DNA of 64,000 nucleotides. It comes from Octopus vulgaris (taxonomy: Eukaryota). Of the stretch, positions 23,770-37,739 are shown piece after piece. The notes beneath the pieces were generated by a model. That model saw nothing but the letters and a program-made list of their open reading frames with translations. It was not told the DNA's origin and did not search any database. The position numbers and the translations under genes are program-made. Every line of letters begins with the position of its first letter. Positions within the stretch are counted from its first letter, which is position 1. The DNA lies in the NCBI GenBank assembly GCA_951406725.2, contig OX597819.1:78864001-78928000 (forward strand), given 5' to 3'.

Positions 23770-24815
23770 TTTTCACTGAAGGCTTGTAATTTTGGGGAAA
23801 CAATTTAGCTCAGTAGTTAACTGGTACTTATTTTATCAACCCCAAAAGGATGAAAGGCAATGTCGACTTCAGTGGAATTTGAACTCAGAATGTAATGATG
23901 CACGAAATGCCACTAAGCATTTTGTTCAGCATCCTACTGATTCTGCCAGCTTGCCACCTTAATAATAATAATAATGGTTTGAAATTTTGCCACAAGGGCA
24001 GCCATTTTGTGAGAGGGGATGTGTCGATTACATCGACCCTAGTACTCAACTGGTACTTGATTTAAGGAAAAGTCAACCGTGGCAGAATTTGAACCCAGAA
24101 CATGAAGGCAGACAAAATACTGCTAAACCTTTTGCCAAACATGCTAACAATTCTGCCTGCTTGTCACCTTAATAATGATTTCAAATTTTGACTCAAGGCT
24201 GGTCATTCTGAGGAGAGAGAGAGAGAGAGAGTGTTAATTAAATTGAATTCAGTGCCTGACCAGTACTTTATATTATTGAGCCTTGGTGGTAGTGACACAC
24301 ACACACACACACACACAAAAGGTAAAGTCAACTACAGTAGGATTAGAAAGCAGAGCATACTGCATCTGGATGAATACCACAAAGTATTTTGACCAACGCT
24401 GTAATGATTCAGCCAGCTCACCACTTTTGTAATTACTTCTAATTAAAATCATGAGGCCAATAATTTTGTGTGTGTGTGTGTGTGGGGGTTAGTTGATTAC
24501 AAGGAGCACCAGTAATTGATCGGTTATTTTGTAAACCCTTGAAGAGTGAGAAGCGAATTTAACCATAGCAGGATTTGAACTCAGAATCGAAAGATTTGGA
24601 AGAAATGCCGTAAAGTACAATTCTGCAACTCTACTGCCATAGTAATGGCTTCTAAGAGACACCAGCACTTAACGGGTACTTTTAATTTATCAATTTTAGA
24701 AGGATAAAAAGGCAAGGTTAGCCTTGTCAGGATTTGAACTCAGAACATAGAAAGCCAGACAAAAATACTGCAAAGCGTTTTTGTCCAATGCTCTAACAAT
24801 TCTGCCAATCCATTG
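23770..24815 (-). mobile_element. Head-to-tail array of about 5 diverged SINE family B copies
   Basis: Recurring GGATGAAAGGCAA...ATTTGAACTCAGAA...TTCTGCC blocks at about 23770, 23975, 24175, 24450 and 24660. Confidence 0.8.
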
Positions 24816-25785
24816 CATTCCACAATAACATCAACAGTGACAATGGCAACATGTAAAATGCAAAGAAAGCTATTCCGTATCCTGCACCTGCATCCAAAAT
24901 AAATAATTGAACAGATGAAGAGAAGTATTCTCCAGTGTTTGTCTTAGTTCTGTGAAATCTCTCAACCTCCTACTTCTCGGAGTCTTCTGCACCTCCAAAC
25001 TGTCATGCCTCCCCACCCTTCCACTTTCCTCGTTGTCGGTGCCACCATATATGTTCCAATAACTCTAGTTGTACACATGTATGCTCACACACATGTTGGA
25101 AAATGAAAATGAAAAAAAAAAAAAAAAAAAATTCAATTTCATTTAATCCCTTGTCTCAGATTCTGGAGGTTTCTGGCCGCAGTCACATAAGCCCTCATTG
25201 GCCACTACTGTCATTTGCAACATGCATTCATCTATATTCTTCCCTGCCTCTGTCTGTCTGTCTCTTTCTCTCTCTCACCCCCCCCCCCCCCTTCTCTCTC
25301 TTTCTCTCTTTAGCCTTTGGAATCTTAGAATGTTTTTACCATATCTTCTTCTGCTTTCAGCTTCAGCAAAGTCTTTTTCACTATCTCTGCCGTTTTCGGT
25401 ATATCTTTCTTTCCTTGGTTTCTTGCTTTTACATGCAGCCCTCCTTCTGCCGCTGTCTCGCTCTTTCTTCTTGAATGGTAAAATCACTATGTCTTTCTCC
25501 TCCTCCGTCGCCGCCTCCTTCCACCACCACCACCACCGCCATTCTTCTCTGCACATGCACTTTCCCACCCAGCCGCACCCCTTCCTCCCCTCCTACCCTG
25601 TCCACTTTGCAGCAGAATCTGTTTGCTGTCTCACAGTAAACGTGTAAACAAATCAGATCACAAGTTAGTGTACAAATGAGGATGAGGGTGAGAGAAGACA
25701 ATGTGGTGGTTGCAACCAGATGACTGACACCAGAGAGAAAAGGGAGAGAGGGGCTGGGGGGTAATGGGAGAAGGTAGAGGGTACA

Positions 25786-25821
<36 letters not shown>

Positions 25822-26899
25822 ACATACAGGCATTGTCTGAATGTTAGTCCATTTTTAAAGTGGGTAGAGTCCTTGAGCAAACATGATATTGCGGTGCTCC
25901 GCCTTCTCTTGTACTTCCTAACTTACCCGCTCTTTAATCATTCTCTCCACCAAAGCATGTCTTGAGAGAGAAAAAGCTGTGCTGTTCCCATCCACCTGCC
26001 TGCCTCCCCCCCCAGCTTGCCCACCTGCCTCTTTGCTCCTCCGGCACACCACCCATACCACCTTACCTTAACGTTGTGCCTTATCGCACCTTCTGCCCTC
26101 CACTTCCTCGCCCACTGCACAAATCACTCAAGTCATTCACAAAGTGTTGGCAAGGACCTTCCTCGCTGCATCTTGTAAATTCTCAACACAAATGTACACA
26201 CACACACACACACACACGTACATACATGTGCAATGCACACCACATACACACATATAAATCACCCCCTTGGTGCATTCCTCAAATGCTAGAACGGAACAGT
26301 TGCCAGCAGGTATGGGGCTTCTTTTATCTGGGCTTCCATAGCAAACATGCCAATCAAAAGATCAACCAGGCACTCTCATTCACATACTCTCTTACCCTAT
26401 GCCTTTCTCTGTATATCTCTCACTCCCTCTCTCTCACCCCTCTCACTTAACTATCAATATATGCTGAGGAGGTTTGTGAATTGTTGGTGGGTTCACTGGC
26501 TGGTTTTCTGGCTGGCTCTTTGAGCACACAGAATCCATGCGCACGCACACAAACACTTGCATGAACATATGCCGTCTTATGCTTTACAAACTCTTCTCCT
26601 TGTCTTTCTCACTCTCTTCTTCGCTGTCTCTTTGCATAATGATGTGTGTGTATGTGTGCTTGCGTGTGCATTCAAACATATGTCATATAGTTAAATGTTC
26701 ATTAGCATATGTTAAACAAATATGTGCACGTGTATGTATGTGTATATATAGATATATATATATATTTGTGAGCATGAGTATTTATGTGTATATGTGCAGA
26801 TATATAACTATATAGTTGTGTGTGTGTGTGTAGTCATCATTTAATGTCTATTTTACCACACTTGCATGGGTTAGAATTCATTAAAAAAAAATTATATGA

Positions 26900-27260
26900 G
26901 TGCAGGCATAGCTGTGTAGTAGGAAGTTTGTTTCCCAATCACATGGTTTTGGGTTCAGTCCCACTGCATGCCACCTTCAGCAAGTGTCCTCTACTTGAGC
27001 CTCGGGCCGACCAAATTCTTGCGAGTGAATTTGGTAGAGGGAAACTGAATGAAGCCCATCATTTATATGTGTGTGTGTGTGTGTATGTATGTATATATTT
27101 ATGTGTGTGAATCTGTGTTTATGTCTTCGTAACTTAGCGGCTCAGCAAAAGGGACAGGCAGAATAAATCCTGGGGTCGATTTCTTCAACTAATACCCTCC
27201 AAGGTGGTGCTCCAGCATGGCTGCAGTCAAATGACTGAAACAAGTAGAAGAATAAAAGAG
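26900..27260 (+). mobile_element. SINE family A
   Basis: Head, body and tail match 18082-18475. Confidence 0.88.
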
Positions 27261-28623
27261 TTCACACACACGAATACAAAAAATGCTTTTGATAATATCT
27301 TTCAATTTTTCTGGGATGGCCCTAAGTAATAAATATAGAAGAAATATTTTGTGATACCAGGCTATATTAGGTACTAATCAGAATATGCTATCTGTTGGTG
27401 GTTAAGTGGCTGCTAGGACATAAGAGACAATATAGGCAGGCTTATCCAGTAAAACTACATTTATGTTTGTAATATTTGTTATTTCAATAATAAATTCATT
27501 GAAAATCCATTTAGTGTAATCAGTAGATCAATCAACAATCGATAATGCATAGTATAACTCGTGTGTGTGAGATCGGTGCTTTTCTTTCATTTAAGTTAAA
27601 CTTATAGACAGGTCTTGTATGTAATTCATACCAAAACGGGGAAAAAAATTGAAGTGCCTTTATTTAATTACTCTGTGTGTGTGTGTGTGTGTATGTGAGT
27701 ACAGGGTGATTCTGAAATTCTTTTAGTATTTTAATTATGAAATTTTCTGTTTGTTACCAACTTGTTTTATATATTTTTATTATTGCCTTTGCTATTTTAC
27801 TCTGTGTGTGTGTGTGAGAGTGTCTTTTGATGTATATGTTATTTTAGTAAAATGGTGTTATCAAAATCAAAAATATGATAGACTAGCCATTGTTCTAAAA
27901 TGGTACAATGTAATAGTAATCCAATTCAGCTGTCTACACATACCTAGTCCAACTACCCAGGGTGGTCTGATTGAATGACTGGCAGTATGAACATGCAGAT
28001 AGGTGGACCAGCTATCCTGGAACCCCTGAACCATTGTACACAATAGGAGGACTGAGTTGTGTGTATATTGGGGTGGTGGCTACATGAATATTGTGGGGAG
28101 GTGAATGAAGGTTATTATGACATGGGAAGTGAGAGAGTTAGGGAGAGGAGACAAAATGTGCATTAGAATGCATAACTGACCTCAATTATTAGCCTAGTTA
28201 TATTAATGCTAAAGGGACTTTTGAAAGAATCTGTATGTGTTTTGGAGATCATGTGTATATGTTTCCACAAAATCTATAATGTAGCATACATATGGTGTAT
28301 TCAAGATGGGAAGCCTGTGTTTAATAACAATAACTTACTAAAATAGTAAAACCTTCAACTTAACAAAGCAAAACGAATTAAAAGAACAAACCAAAAACAC
28401 CAAACAAAAAGCAAATTATTTTTTCTTCCCTTTCGTTAGTAATCAATCAAAAATATTTCTTCCAATTATGTAATGGAATAGGAGGAGATGGCTGGTGGGA
28501 AAAGTGTTTTACATGGAACATAAGTTTTACTTGGTCTTCCTTCTCTCTTAGATATTTTACATCAGTCTAAGCAATCAATCTCATTAATTACTTCTATCGT
28601 GACATTTCTCTATCTCAATAGTT

Positions 28624-28662
<39 letters not shown>

Positions 28663-28689
28663 CATTGTAAGATAGTCAAAGGAATAATA

Positions 28690-28865
28690 AAAGTGGTAGT
28701 AGGGAGAACAATAGTGTCCAAAAGAGTTGAAGGTCTTCCCAGTCTGGCGAGATCAATGTGGTTGATGCTCAGCTTCAATATCTGTAGAATGAGGGGAATC
28801 CTTGGGCAAGAGGAGAATTCCAAAGGGCCATAGCAACACTGGACAGGTAAGACTAGGTAAGGTTT
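28690..28865 (-). mobile_element. Decayed CR1/L2/Jockey-group LINE 3' end
   Basis: Minus-strand translation LWNSPLAQGFPSFY/LKLSINHIDL resembles the LWNSLP...FK..IN C terminus. Confidence 0.4.
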
Positions 28866-28935
28866 TTATTTAGTACGAGCAGCTGTTGTAGATAAGGCAC
28901 TAATTATTTCATGGTTTGATAAGAAAAGTGTGAAC

Positions 28936-29255
28936 GGGTGTGGCTTAGTGGTTAGGGTATTTAGCACATGATCATATAGTTGTGAGTTCAATCTCCAGCG
29001 ATGTGCTGTGTGTCCTTGAGCAAGATACTTTATTTCACATTGCTCCAGTCCACTCTGCTGGCAAAATGAATTGTTCCTGTATTTCAAAGGACTGGCCATG
29101 TCACACTCTGTGTCACACTGATTCTCCCTGAGAACTATGTTAAGAGTATGTGTATTTGTGGGCTGCTCAGCCACTTTCACATTAATTCCATGAGCAGGCT
29201 GTTCTGTTGATTGGATCAACTGGAACCCCCGTTGTTATAACCGATGGAGTGCCAG
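28936..29255 (+). mobile_element. SINE family C (V-domain-like) with an alternative tail
   Basis: TGGCTTAGTGG A box, GAGTTCAATC B box, TGTGTCCTTGAGCAAGATACTT core; related copy at about 32270-32500. Confidence 0.85.
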
Positions 29256-30144
29256 TTAGTTAAGAAAAGCAAGGACAGGTAATATAAATAAAATAGTTTT
29301 AGTGGCATTGTTTTTTTGTTTATTTTTAACACATTAATTTGTGTAGGTTGAACTAAGTATTTTGTTACAGAAAGAAACCTAGCTGTTCCTTGCAATACAT
29401 ACCAATACATATATCTGAAGTAAAATTTTTTCAAGGGCCCTTAAAATATTCTTGTGGGTTCCCAATTTACTATTTTGTTGCATGGACCCCCCAAAATCTT
29501 ATATGGACCCTGGTTGAGAACAACTGATTTAGCAAGAAGGAAAGTCAGCACCCATTACATTATATATAGAGAGCCTCTAATACTGATGGAAAGGAGGGAA
29601 GAAACTGGTCACATGAAAATATGACTCATCATGTGGTCAGCCACTCCAGTAAAAATCAAAAAAAAAAAAAATCAGAAGGTCTCCTGGGCCATGGGGGTCC
29701 CTATAACTGATTTACTCTATTTGAATTTTGCGCTTTGTGGGTTTTATCAGCAGCATTCTTTCTACATGAATCCACATGTGCTCTATCTATCTACATATAT
29801 CACTACTTGTTTTCATCCATAGCGCCCTCTTGTTGCCATCTCCCACTCTCTAACCATTTATTACATGCAGGTGGCAGAATCGTTAGCACACCTGGAAAAA
29901 TGCTTAGTGGTATTTCATCCACCTTTATGTTTGAATTCTGCCGAAGTCAACTTAGCCTTTCGTTCTTTTGGAGCTAATAAAATAAGTACCAGTTGAGCAT
30001 TGATCTCATTATAATCAACTTGATTATTCCTGGGTATGAGTATAAAAAAAACTGCATCCCTTTGCCAACCATTTCCAGCCAGTGTGGCAGAGTAGGCTCA
30101 TCAAACTAATATGATCTCTAGCTCAGATTCCCAACCTCCACATC

Positions 30145-30205
30145 AGACTGTGGTTGGTTGAGAGAGCATGTTGAGGCCTTCATCCTGCAGTGGACTGAAC
30201 ATAGG
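30145..30205 (+). mobile_element. Possible RTE-clade LINE extreme 3' end
   Basis: Translates as DCGWLREHVEAFILQWTEHR, similar to the RTE terminal EAFxLQW motif. Confidence 0.35.
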
Positions 30206-31315
30206 TAGTCTTAGCCAATCTAGTCCAATCCACTATTACTATGTGGAATTCTCACCTACTCTTTCATAATACCTTTTCCCACCAGCTCCAATATTCACTA
30301 GCATAGCTAGAAGGGAATGTCCCCTTCTCCTGGTAGTACTTTTATGTGGGCTGCATCACTTTTGGGTCTGTTGTAGGTTATAAGCCTGTGTAAGCTATTT
30401 TGAAATCAAATAATAGTGGTTTTAATGTCAGGACATGGACATTACTCACCATTAAATACAACAACTGATATAGCCACTCTGCAATTTGTATTCTTTGTGG
30501 GGCCCCTGAGGCAGCAAACTGAAGGGCCACCCCGGGTAGAACACACTCTAGCTACACCACTGCCAATATTATGTATTTATTATCCACTCTAATTGCATTC
30601 CTCTAATCTATCAGCTGTGAGTAATGATCTGCACTGACTTTAAACTCTCTCGTGTGTGCACATGCATGCATGTACGCACACACACACACGTGCACGCAGC
30701 TTTCAGACTCTGAAAAAATGCAGGAAGCTGAGCCACTACCGACACAATAGAAAGAATCAAAATGACATGGAGAGAAAACAAAAACAAATTTAAAAAATAT
30801 AAAATACACCTGAACACTAATCCTACCTCAAATATGTAATACCAAATAGTAAAGTATACCAAATGTTTTCAAAACAAAACAAAAAAAAAAAAACGAAAAC
30901 CACCCCAGAAAAATCTGGGGAAAAAAACCAAAAAAAAACCATAATGGCTAAATGTACTAATGGTGAAAAAAGCAGAAAAAAAATTAGATTGAGAAAATGT
31001 ACAATGTCACAAAAACTACAACATATGCCCATCACCTACTGCAGACCCTGGAGATAATAGTTTTTTGTTTGTTTGTTTTTTTTTGATGAAAAAAATAAAG
31101 AACATAAATAAATAACAGCAAAATACCTGAAACAGTTCAAGGTTGAGTGGCCAGCACTGCTAGCTTACAAATCACTGGTGTGACATTTTGACCTTTTCTT
31201 GTAGAAAGTCTTCTGCTTATACTCCACCTGACCCAAACATTGTGACCTCTTCAATTAAGAAATACCAGTATATTCATTACTCTCTCTCTCTCTCCTTTAA
31301 AACATAGGATTCTCT

Positions 31316-31367
<52 letters not shown>

Positions 31368-32543
31368 TTGTTCCATTTGTAGGTGCCCTTTGCCATATGT
31401 CATGCTTCTGTGATTCTGTGATGCTTTCTTTCCCAAATCTGTAAACAAAAAGAAGAAAAAAAGAAAAAAAAAAGACAACCACAAATAACTTGACTCTAAC
31501 ATGTAACAATGTCTAGATTCAATATTTTGGCAGAAATTATTTCATTTTTTTTTTTTTTTGGGTAATTTCTTTTTGTTTACATTTATTTACTATATATTTT
31601 AAATCTGTTTTTTTTTTAATTTTTTTTTTTTGTATTCAGTTGTAATTTTTAGATTTATCTTAGTTAATTTTCTATGGCATCTTGTCCTGTTTGTTTGTTT
31701 GTCGCCCGGCTTCCCAGCCCACCCCACCTTCTTCTTTGCAGAGAGCATCACTATACAGCAATGTCTCTACATATAAGCACTCAAGAAGTTAAGAACAAAT
31801 CTGTTTTATGGACCAGTCAAGCTTTTGATAAACATGGCATTGAAAAAAGTTTCAGTAAACTTTGACATTTTCATGGTTATTTTGTAATTTTTTTTTTTTC
31901 CTTTACAGATTAATTTTTTTGTTTGTTTTTGGTGTCTTTGTTTACTTTTGTGTTTCTTTTGTTTTATTTTTTCACTCTTGCCACTTGCTTGAAGGAATTC
32001 CCCCCTCCCACTTTTTATTTATTTAAAAAAAATTATTATTGTTTTTTTTATTTGAAAAAGACCTCAGAATGGTTATTTGTGTGTGTGTGGACAAATAATA
32101 TATATATATATATATACACACACATGCGTGCATGCACATTAAAAAAAAAATTTACAGTATTTCCTTTTTGTCATTGACTTTAAATGTTTGCATGGGTTGG
32201 ATGCATCTGCAAATTCAGATACTTTAAGCATTATTTTTAGAATCATTTTTGTTTTTTATTGTGTGTAGGTGTGTGGGTTAGTAGTTAGGTTATTCAGCTC
32301 ACTATTGCATGGTTATGTGTTCAGTCCCCCAGCAGTGCATCATCCTCAAACAAAACACTTTATTGCACATTGCTCTAGTTCACTCACCTGGCCAAAATGA
32401 GTAGTACCTGTATTGTCATACTCTGTGTTATGCTGATTCTCCCAGGGGTACTATATTAAGGGTATGCAGTCTCTGGAGTGCTCAGTCACTTGCATGTTAA
32501 TTAGTGGTTTTAGGTTCAATCCCACTGTGAAGCACCTTAGACA

Positions 32544-32895
32544 GTGGAGACGCAATGGCCCAGTGGTTAGGGCAACAGACTCGCGGTCGGAGGATCGCAG
32601 TTTCAATTCCCAGGCCAGGCGTTGTGTGTGTTTATTGAGGCTCTGGCAGGGGGTGGTGGCGACCCCTGTTGTACTCTTTCGCTCCAACTTTCTCTCACTC
32701 TTTCTTCCTGTTTCTTGTCCCTGACTTCCCACGCAACCACTGAGTCTGGATACGCATTCATCCATCCGTCGATGCTCTCGATGTCGGGGGTTGACCTGCT
32801 TTCTCTTCTGCGGGTCTTACGAATAGCAAAGGACCATGTTTCGGACTTCTCCCACTAATGGGACGAAGACCGTTTCACTCAACAAACAAACAAAC
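32544..32895 (+). mobile_element. tRNA-derived SINE (single copy here) with a (CAAA)n tail, nested in a family A copy
   Basis: A box TGGCCCAGTGG 32556-32566, B-box-like GTTTCAATTCC; TSD AGCACCTTAG(A/G)CA at 32531-32543 and 32896-32908. Confidence 0.88.
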
Positions 32896-33199
32896 AGCAC
32901 CTTAGGCAAGTGTCTTCTCCTATTGTCCCACTCTAATTAATGCCTTGTGGATGAATTCTATTGCCTGAAACATTTTGGAAGTTCATCATATATATGTATG
33001 TATGCATGTGTGTGTGTGATGTTTGTCTTTGTTTCCACCACTACTTGATGATCAGTACTGTTTTTTTTTAACTTAGTGGTTTGACAAAAGAGACTGACAA
33101 AATAAGTATCAGATTTATTAAATAAGTACTAAGTACTGGCTTAAGTAAATACTACGAGGTAGAACCCTAGTGTGACAAAGACTAATAAAAGGTAAGTGC

Positions 33200-34135
33200 C
33201 GAAACCACATGAAAAGCACCCGGTCCACTCTGTACAGTGGTTGGCGTTAGGAAGAACATCCAGCCATAAAAACCATGTCAAAAGAGACTGGAGTTTGAAG
33301 CAGTTCTGTGGCTTGCCAGCTCCTGTCAAGCCTCCAACCCATGCCAGCATCGAAAACAGATGTTAAATGATGACGATGATGATAGTTATATATCAGCAGT
33401 ACCCCAGCATGACTGCAGTTCTATGACTAAGGCAGGTAAAAGATAAGTAGTGCTGGTGCCACAAGAAAAGGACCCAGTCCATTCTGTAAAGTGGTTGGCG
33501 TTAGGAAGAGCATTCATCCATAAAAACCATGACAAAACTAACAGTGAAGTTCAGGGCAGTCCTCTAACTTGCTAGCTCTTGTCAAGCCTCCAGCCCATGC
33601 CAGCATGCAAAATGGACATTAAATGATGATGATGATGATGATGATGATTATATATTGGTCGGTCAGTGTTAACTCATATCCAAGTAGTAGATCTGTAACC
33701 AGTCATTGAGCATCTTCATCTTGATGGGTACAAAGGCTGCCAACACCCCAGGCAGCTGGTATGTAGGTGTAATGTTCATTGAAATTCAGATACTTAAAAA
33801 GAGTGATACAAGGGTTTTTATCATCATGAACACATTACTACTTAAATGTAATTGTTTTGTTTGATTATAATTAGTTTGTTGTAAATTCTATTAAACAAAA
33901 GAAGATTAAAAAAAAAAAAATTATGGCCAAATAGAATTTAAATTATTTCATGTAAATAGTAGGTAGGTAAACTGGCAGAGAGTGGTTGGTGTTAGGAAGG
34001 GCATCCAACTGTACAAACCCTGCCAAAACAGACACAGTAGCCTAGGATAGTTTTTCTACCTGGCCAGCTCCTGTAAAGTGTCCTACCCATGCATGTATGA
34101 AAGATGGCTGTTAAACAACAACAATGATGATGATT
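33200..34135 (+). mobile_element. Three SINE family D 3' fragments (about 33200-33385, 33450-33650, 33980-34135)
   Basis: Each has GTGGTTGGYGTTAGGAAG...CCCATGC...(GAT)n. Confidence 0.8.
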
Positions 34136-35550
34136 AGAGTGTTGGATAAACTACCTCATAGCATTCATTCTGACTGTTAGTGCACTGAGTTCAAATCATG
34201 CTGAGGACATTTCTGCTTTTTTTTTTCTTTCTTACTATCTTGGGTGGGTTGGATGGAAACAGTACCATTCTAGAGTTGTAGATTGGTGTGGGTCTGTGCT
34301 TTTTGAGTTCAAATCCCACCTTATCATTGACACATTTATTTTTGTCTGGCATTCCCTCTTCAACTGCCACCTCCACATAAATAGTAGAACTCTGAGATTT
34401 TAATATTTGGATGGCTCTTTTTTTAAAAAAATTTTTAATTGTTTTTTGTATTGATTATCATTTTCTCTTCCTCTTTCCCTTTCTAGATGTGAGTAGCTAT
34501 GTAGATCCCTTTACAGAAATCTGCTCTGTCCCCCCACCACCTCACATTCATATTAATCCCCTCACCTCTTAGCGCGAGCCCCCCACTTTTCCCAGGGTTT
34601 GAAGTATTGTGAATGGTATGACAAACTCAATAGTGCAGGCAGCATGAAAAACACCCAGTCCACAGTCCACACTGTAAAGTGTTTGGCATTAGAAAGGGTG
34701 TCTCTGCCGTTTCTAATGCCAAAAATCACACCAAAGCAGACATCAGATCTGGTCAAACCATCCATCTCATGCTAACATGGAACATGGATGTTAGAGGTGG
34801 AGGAGGATGTTGATGATGATGATTTAGTTGGAAAGTGCAAGTAGTTCCCATTTTGTACCGAGGTCAGTGTTGTTTTACCCTGGTCATCTCTGAAAGAACA
34901 AGCATGCATATGATTGTTAGGCATGCTATTTAGAAAGTCCCATGGGCCACTGATGCCCTTCACTGTTGTAGAGCATTCCATGGATTTATTTCAGCCAAAC
35001 CCATCTATGTTGAAGTGCATGGCTTCGTGGTTAAAGTGTTGGACTCCTGATTGTTAAATTCTGGTTTTGGTTCCTGAACCAGGTAATGTGTTGTGTTTTT
35101 AAGCAGAACACTTCACTTCACATTGCTCCTGTCCACACAACTGATAAAAATGAGTAATCCTCTGATGGACTAGCATCCCGTCCAGGAAGAAATTTTTAGG
35201 CCATACAAGGAAACTAGCCTTATGCCCCTTACAAACTAATGTGGGCTAACCAAAGCGCATCTATAAACAAGGTTTGATTTTCTCTCTCTACCTCTCTCTC
35301 TAGAGAGAGTCCAGTGTTAACTAGTAAGAATGTTCTCTAAAATTAATTATTAATTTTTGTTTTACATTTTTAGTTCGGCTACCAGCAGTATTTCACCAAA
35401 AGCAGGCTGGTCTTTATCAGACAACTGTCCAACATTCTATCTATCTTCTTTGAACAAACATTAGACCCTCTTATGAGTTCTTTGACACATGACAGTAATT
35501 CATTTGCAACATCTAAAAGTAAAAATTTTGCAGAACCATCAAATGCCTTG

Positions 35551-35983
35551 TTAACCCTTTCATTACTAAAATTGTGTTTAAAATACTTCCTTCATTTCAG
35601 TTAAAGAAACAAGGCATTTAGTAAAATAAATTTGTCCTTATTAACCCTTTAGCATTTAAATGGACCACATCCAGCCAAAATATTTTACAAGTTTTACGTT
35701 CAAATCAGTCAGATCTCTCCTCTCACACCAATATCATTCTTAAAATTAGCAGTTACCTCATCAAAATCTGAAAGTTACGAAATAACGTATCATTCATTTT
35801 CAAAAAAGTGATTAAATGAGCAGTACTTGAGACAGAATAATGTAAATGCTACATGGTTAAGCTACTCTATGAAACATAAATTAACATAGGATCTTAGGGG
35901 CAGGTTTTTAATTTCAATCACTTTAAAAGTTTCTCTTATAGAATCAGGAACAGTCGCAGGCAGGTTGGTATCAAAAGGGTTAA
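35551..35983. mobile_element. piggyBac-like MITE with a second piggyBac-like MITE nested inside (35641-35860)
   Basis: Outer TTAACCCTTT...AAAGGGTTAA; inner TTAACCCTTTAGCATTTA...TAAATGCTACATGGTTAA. Confidence 0.78.
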
Positions 35984-36142
35984 TATGAAAGAAAAAAGGA
36001 GAATCAATTTTATTTTGGGCACCTTATAAATAAATATTGGGAAAAGAAATGGTAAACATAAATAATTGATAAAATTATACGTAATTCTATTGCGTTAGAT
36101 AACGACGGAAATGGTGTGGAACTCAGGGTCTGAGTTTGAATT

Positions 36143-36252
36143 TCTCCCTCTCTCTTGCTCTCTCCCTCTCTCTTGCTCTCTCCCTCTCTCTTGCTCTCTC
36201 CCTCTCTCTTGCTCTCTCCCTCTCTCTTGCTCTCTCCCTCTCTCTCTCTCGC

Positions 36253-36290
<38 letters not shown>
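36143..36290. repeat. 18-bp minisatellite TCTCCCTCTCTCTTGCTC x5 followed by (CT)n
   Basis: Directly visible. Confidence 0.95.
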
Positions 36291-36598
36291 AAGCTAAGCA
36301 AATACAATATTGTTTCTTTAATTTGCTTTCCTGTTTGTATTGCTAAGTAACCTTTTACTGTGTGTCTAAGTTTGCTCAGAACCATTGTGTATGACAAATA
36401 CTGTTGTGTGGTGTTTTTTCATTTGCTTGGTATTTTATTTTCCTTCTTTATATATATACATACATACACACACACACACACACAATATATATATATATAT
36501 ATATATGAATATATATTCACCTACATACATAATAATATACACACACATATTCATCATGGTATATTCATATACATATAAGTAATGGTGTGTGTGTGTGC

Positions 36599-36638
<40 letters not shown>

Positions 36639-37694
36639 ATCCACTCACACACAATGACGTGCATGCATATATTTACACACGTATGCATGTGTATATATAT
36701 ATATATATATATAAATAGGCATTCCATGCGATTCATTAGGAAAGCGGAAGAAAAATACTGCACGCCATTGAAAGCTGTGATAATCAATTTCCTGATAACA
36801 TGAGTCAGATCATTCCTTCATTTCTGGCGCTGACTGCCTAAAACAAAAACACCCTGTGCATGTGTTGCTGGTTATTTGACACTTGTATATCAGCATTTTC
36901 TGACATGACGGGAGCAAGGCTTGTGAGCATCTTCACCGTCTTCACTGACAGAAACGGCTCAGAAAAAGGACTACTTCGTTTCTTGGAATCTTATTGGTTA
37001 ACGACCTTCACCTTTCCTCGGTGGTTCCAAAGCTGTTGTGACACCAGAGAATCTCTGTTGGCAGTTTGAATGTCAGGCTAACCGTTCTGCCGCCGCCACC
37101 GCTGCCATTTGCTGACTCCGACGCCATTGATGTTATTTTTGCTTCCGAGTTAACGTTGTTGTCACAGGATTAACCGTTTATTAGCTTCACTCATTTTTGG
37201 CCTGCTTTCTGCTTTTGTAGAAATCACTCCAGATAGATGCACATAAGCATGCACACATACTTACACATACATATAGTCAGTTACCCTTACACGTATGTGT
37301 GTGTATGTATCAGTCTGTTTATGTGCCTAGGTTGATGGACCTTTCAATGGATGAATAGATTTAGATAAATATATATTGAAGTGTTAAACAATGCAGAGAT
37401 ATGTCAGTATGTATATAGAAAAGCCTGTGTATGAGGAAACTATATATACATCATCCATACATGTATGTGGACCGATGTGTATATATATTTATACACTCAC
37501 ACGCACATACACTGGTTAATGATCTCCCATATATATATGTCAATATGTTAACCATATGTGTATACACACACTCACAAGCAAACATATTTACATATATGTC
37601 AATATGTTAACCATATGTGTATACACACACTCACAAGCAAACATATTCACACAACATGCCCATATGTGCAGTATATGTATGTATAAGATAGGTA

Positions 37695-37726
<32 letters not shown>

Positions 37727-37739
37727 CATGCATGCATGC

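Noticed and set aside
35374-35604. Open frame after TTTTTAG (FGYQQYFTKSRL...)
   Set aside because: Runs into a piggyBac-like MITE and has no recognisable protein similarity
36780-37200. Unique, CpG-containing block with a short minus-strand ORF MASESANGSGGGG
   Set aside because: No recognisable domain or convincing splice pair; it could be regulatory but this is not supportable
37530-37650. ~58-bp tandem duplication
   Set aside because: Ordinary slippage duplication in TA/CA-rich sequence
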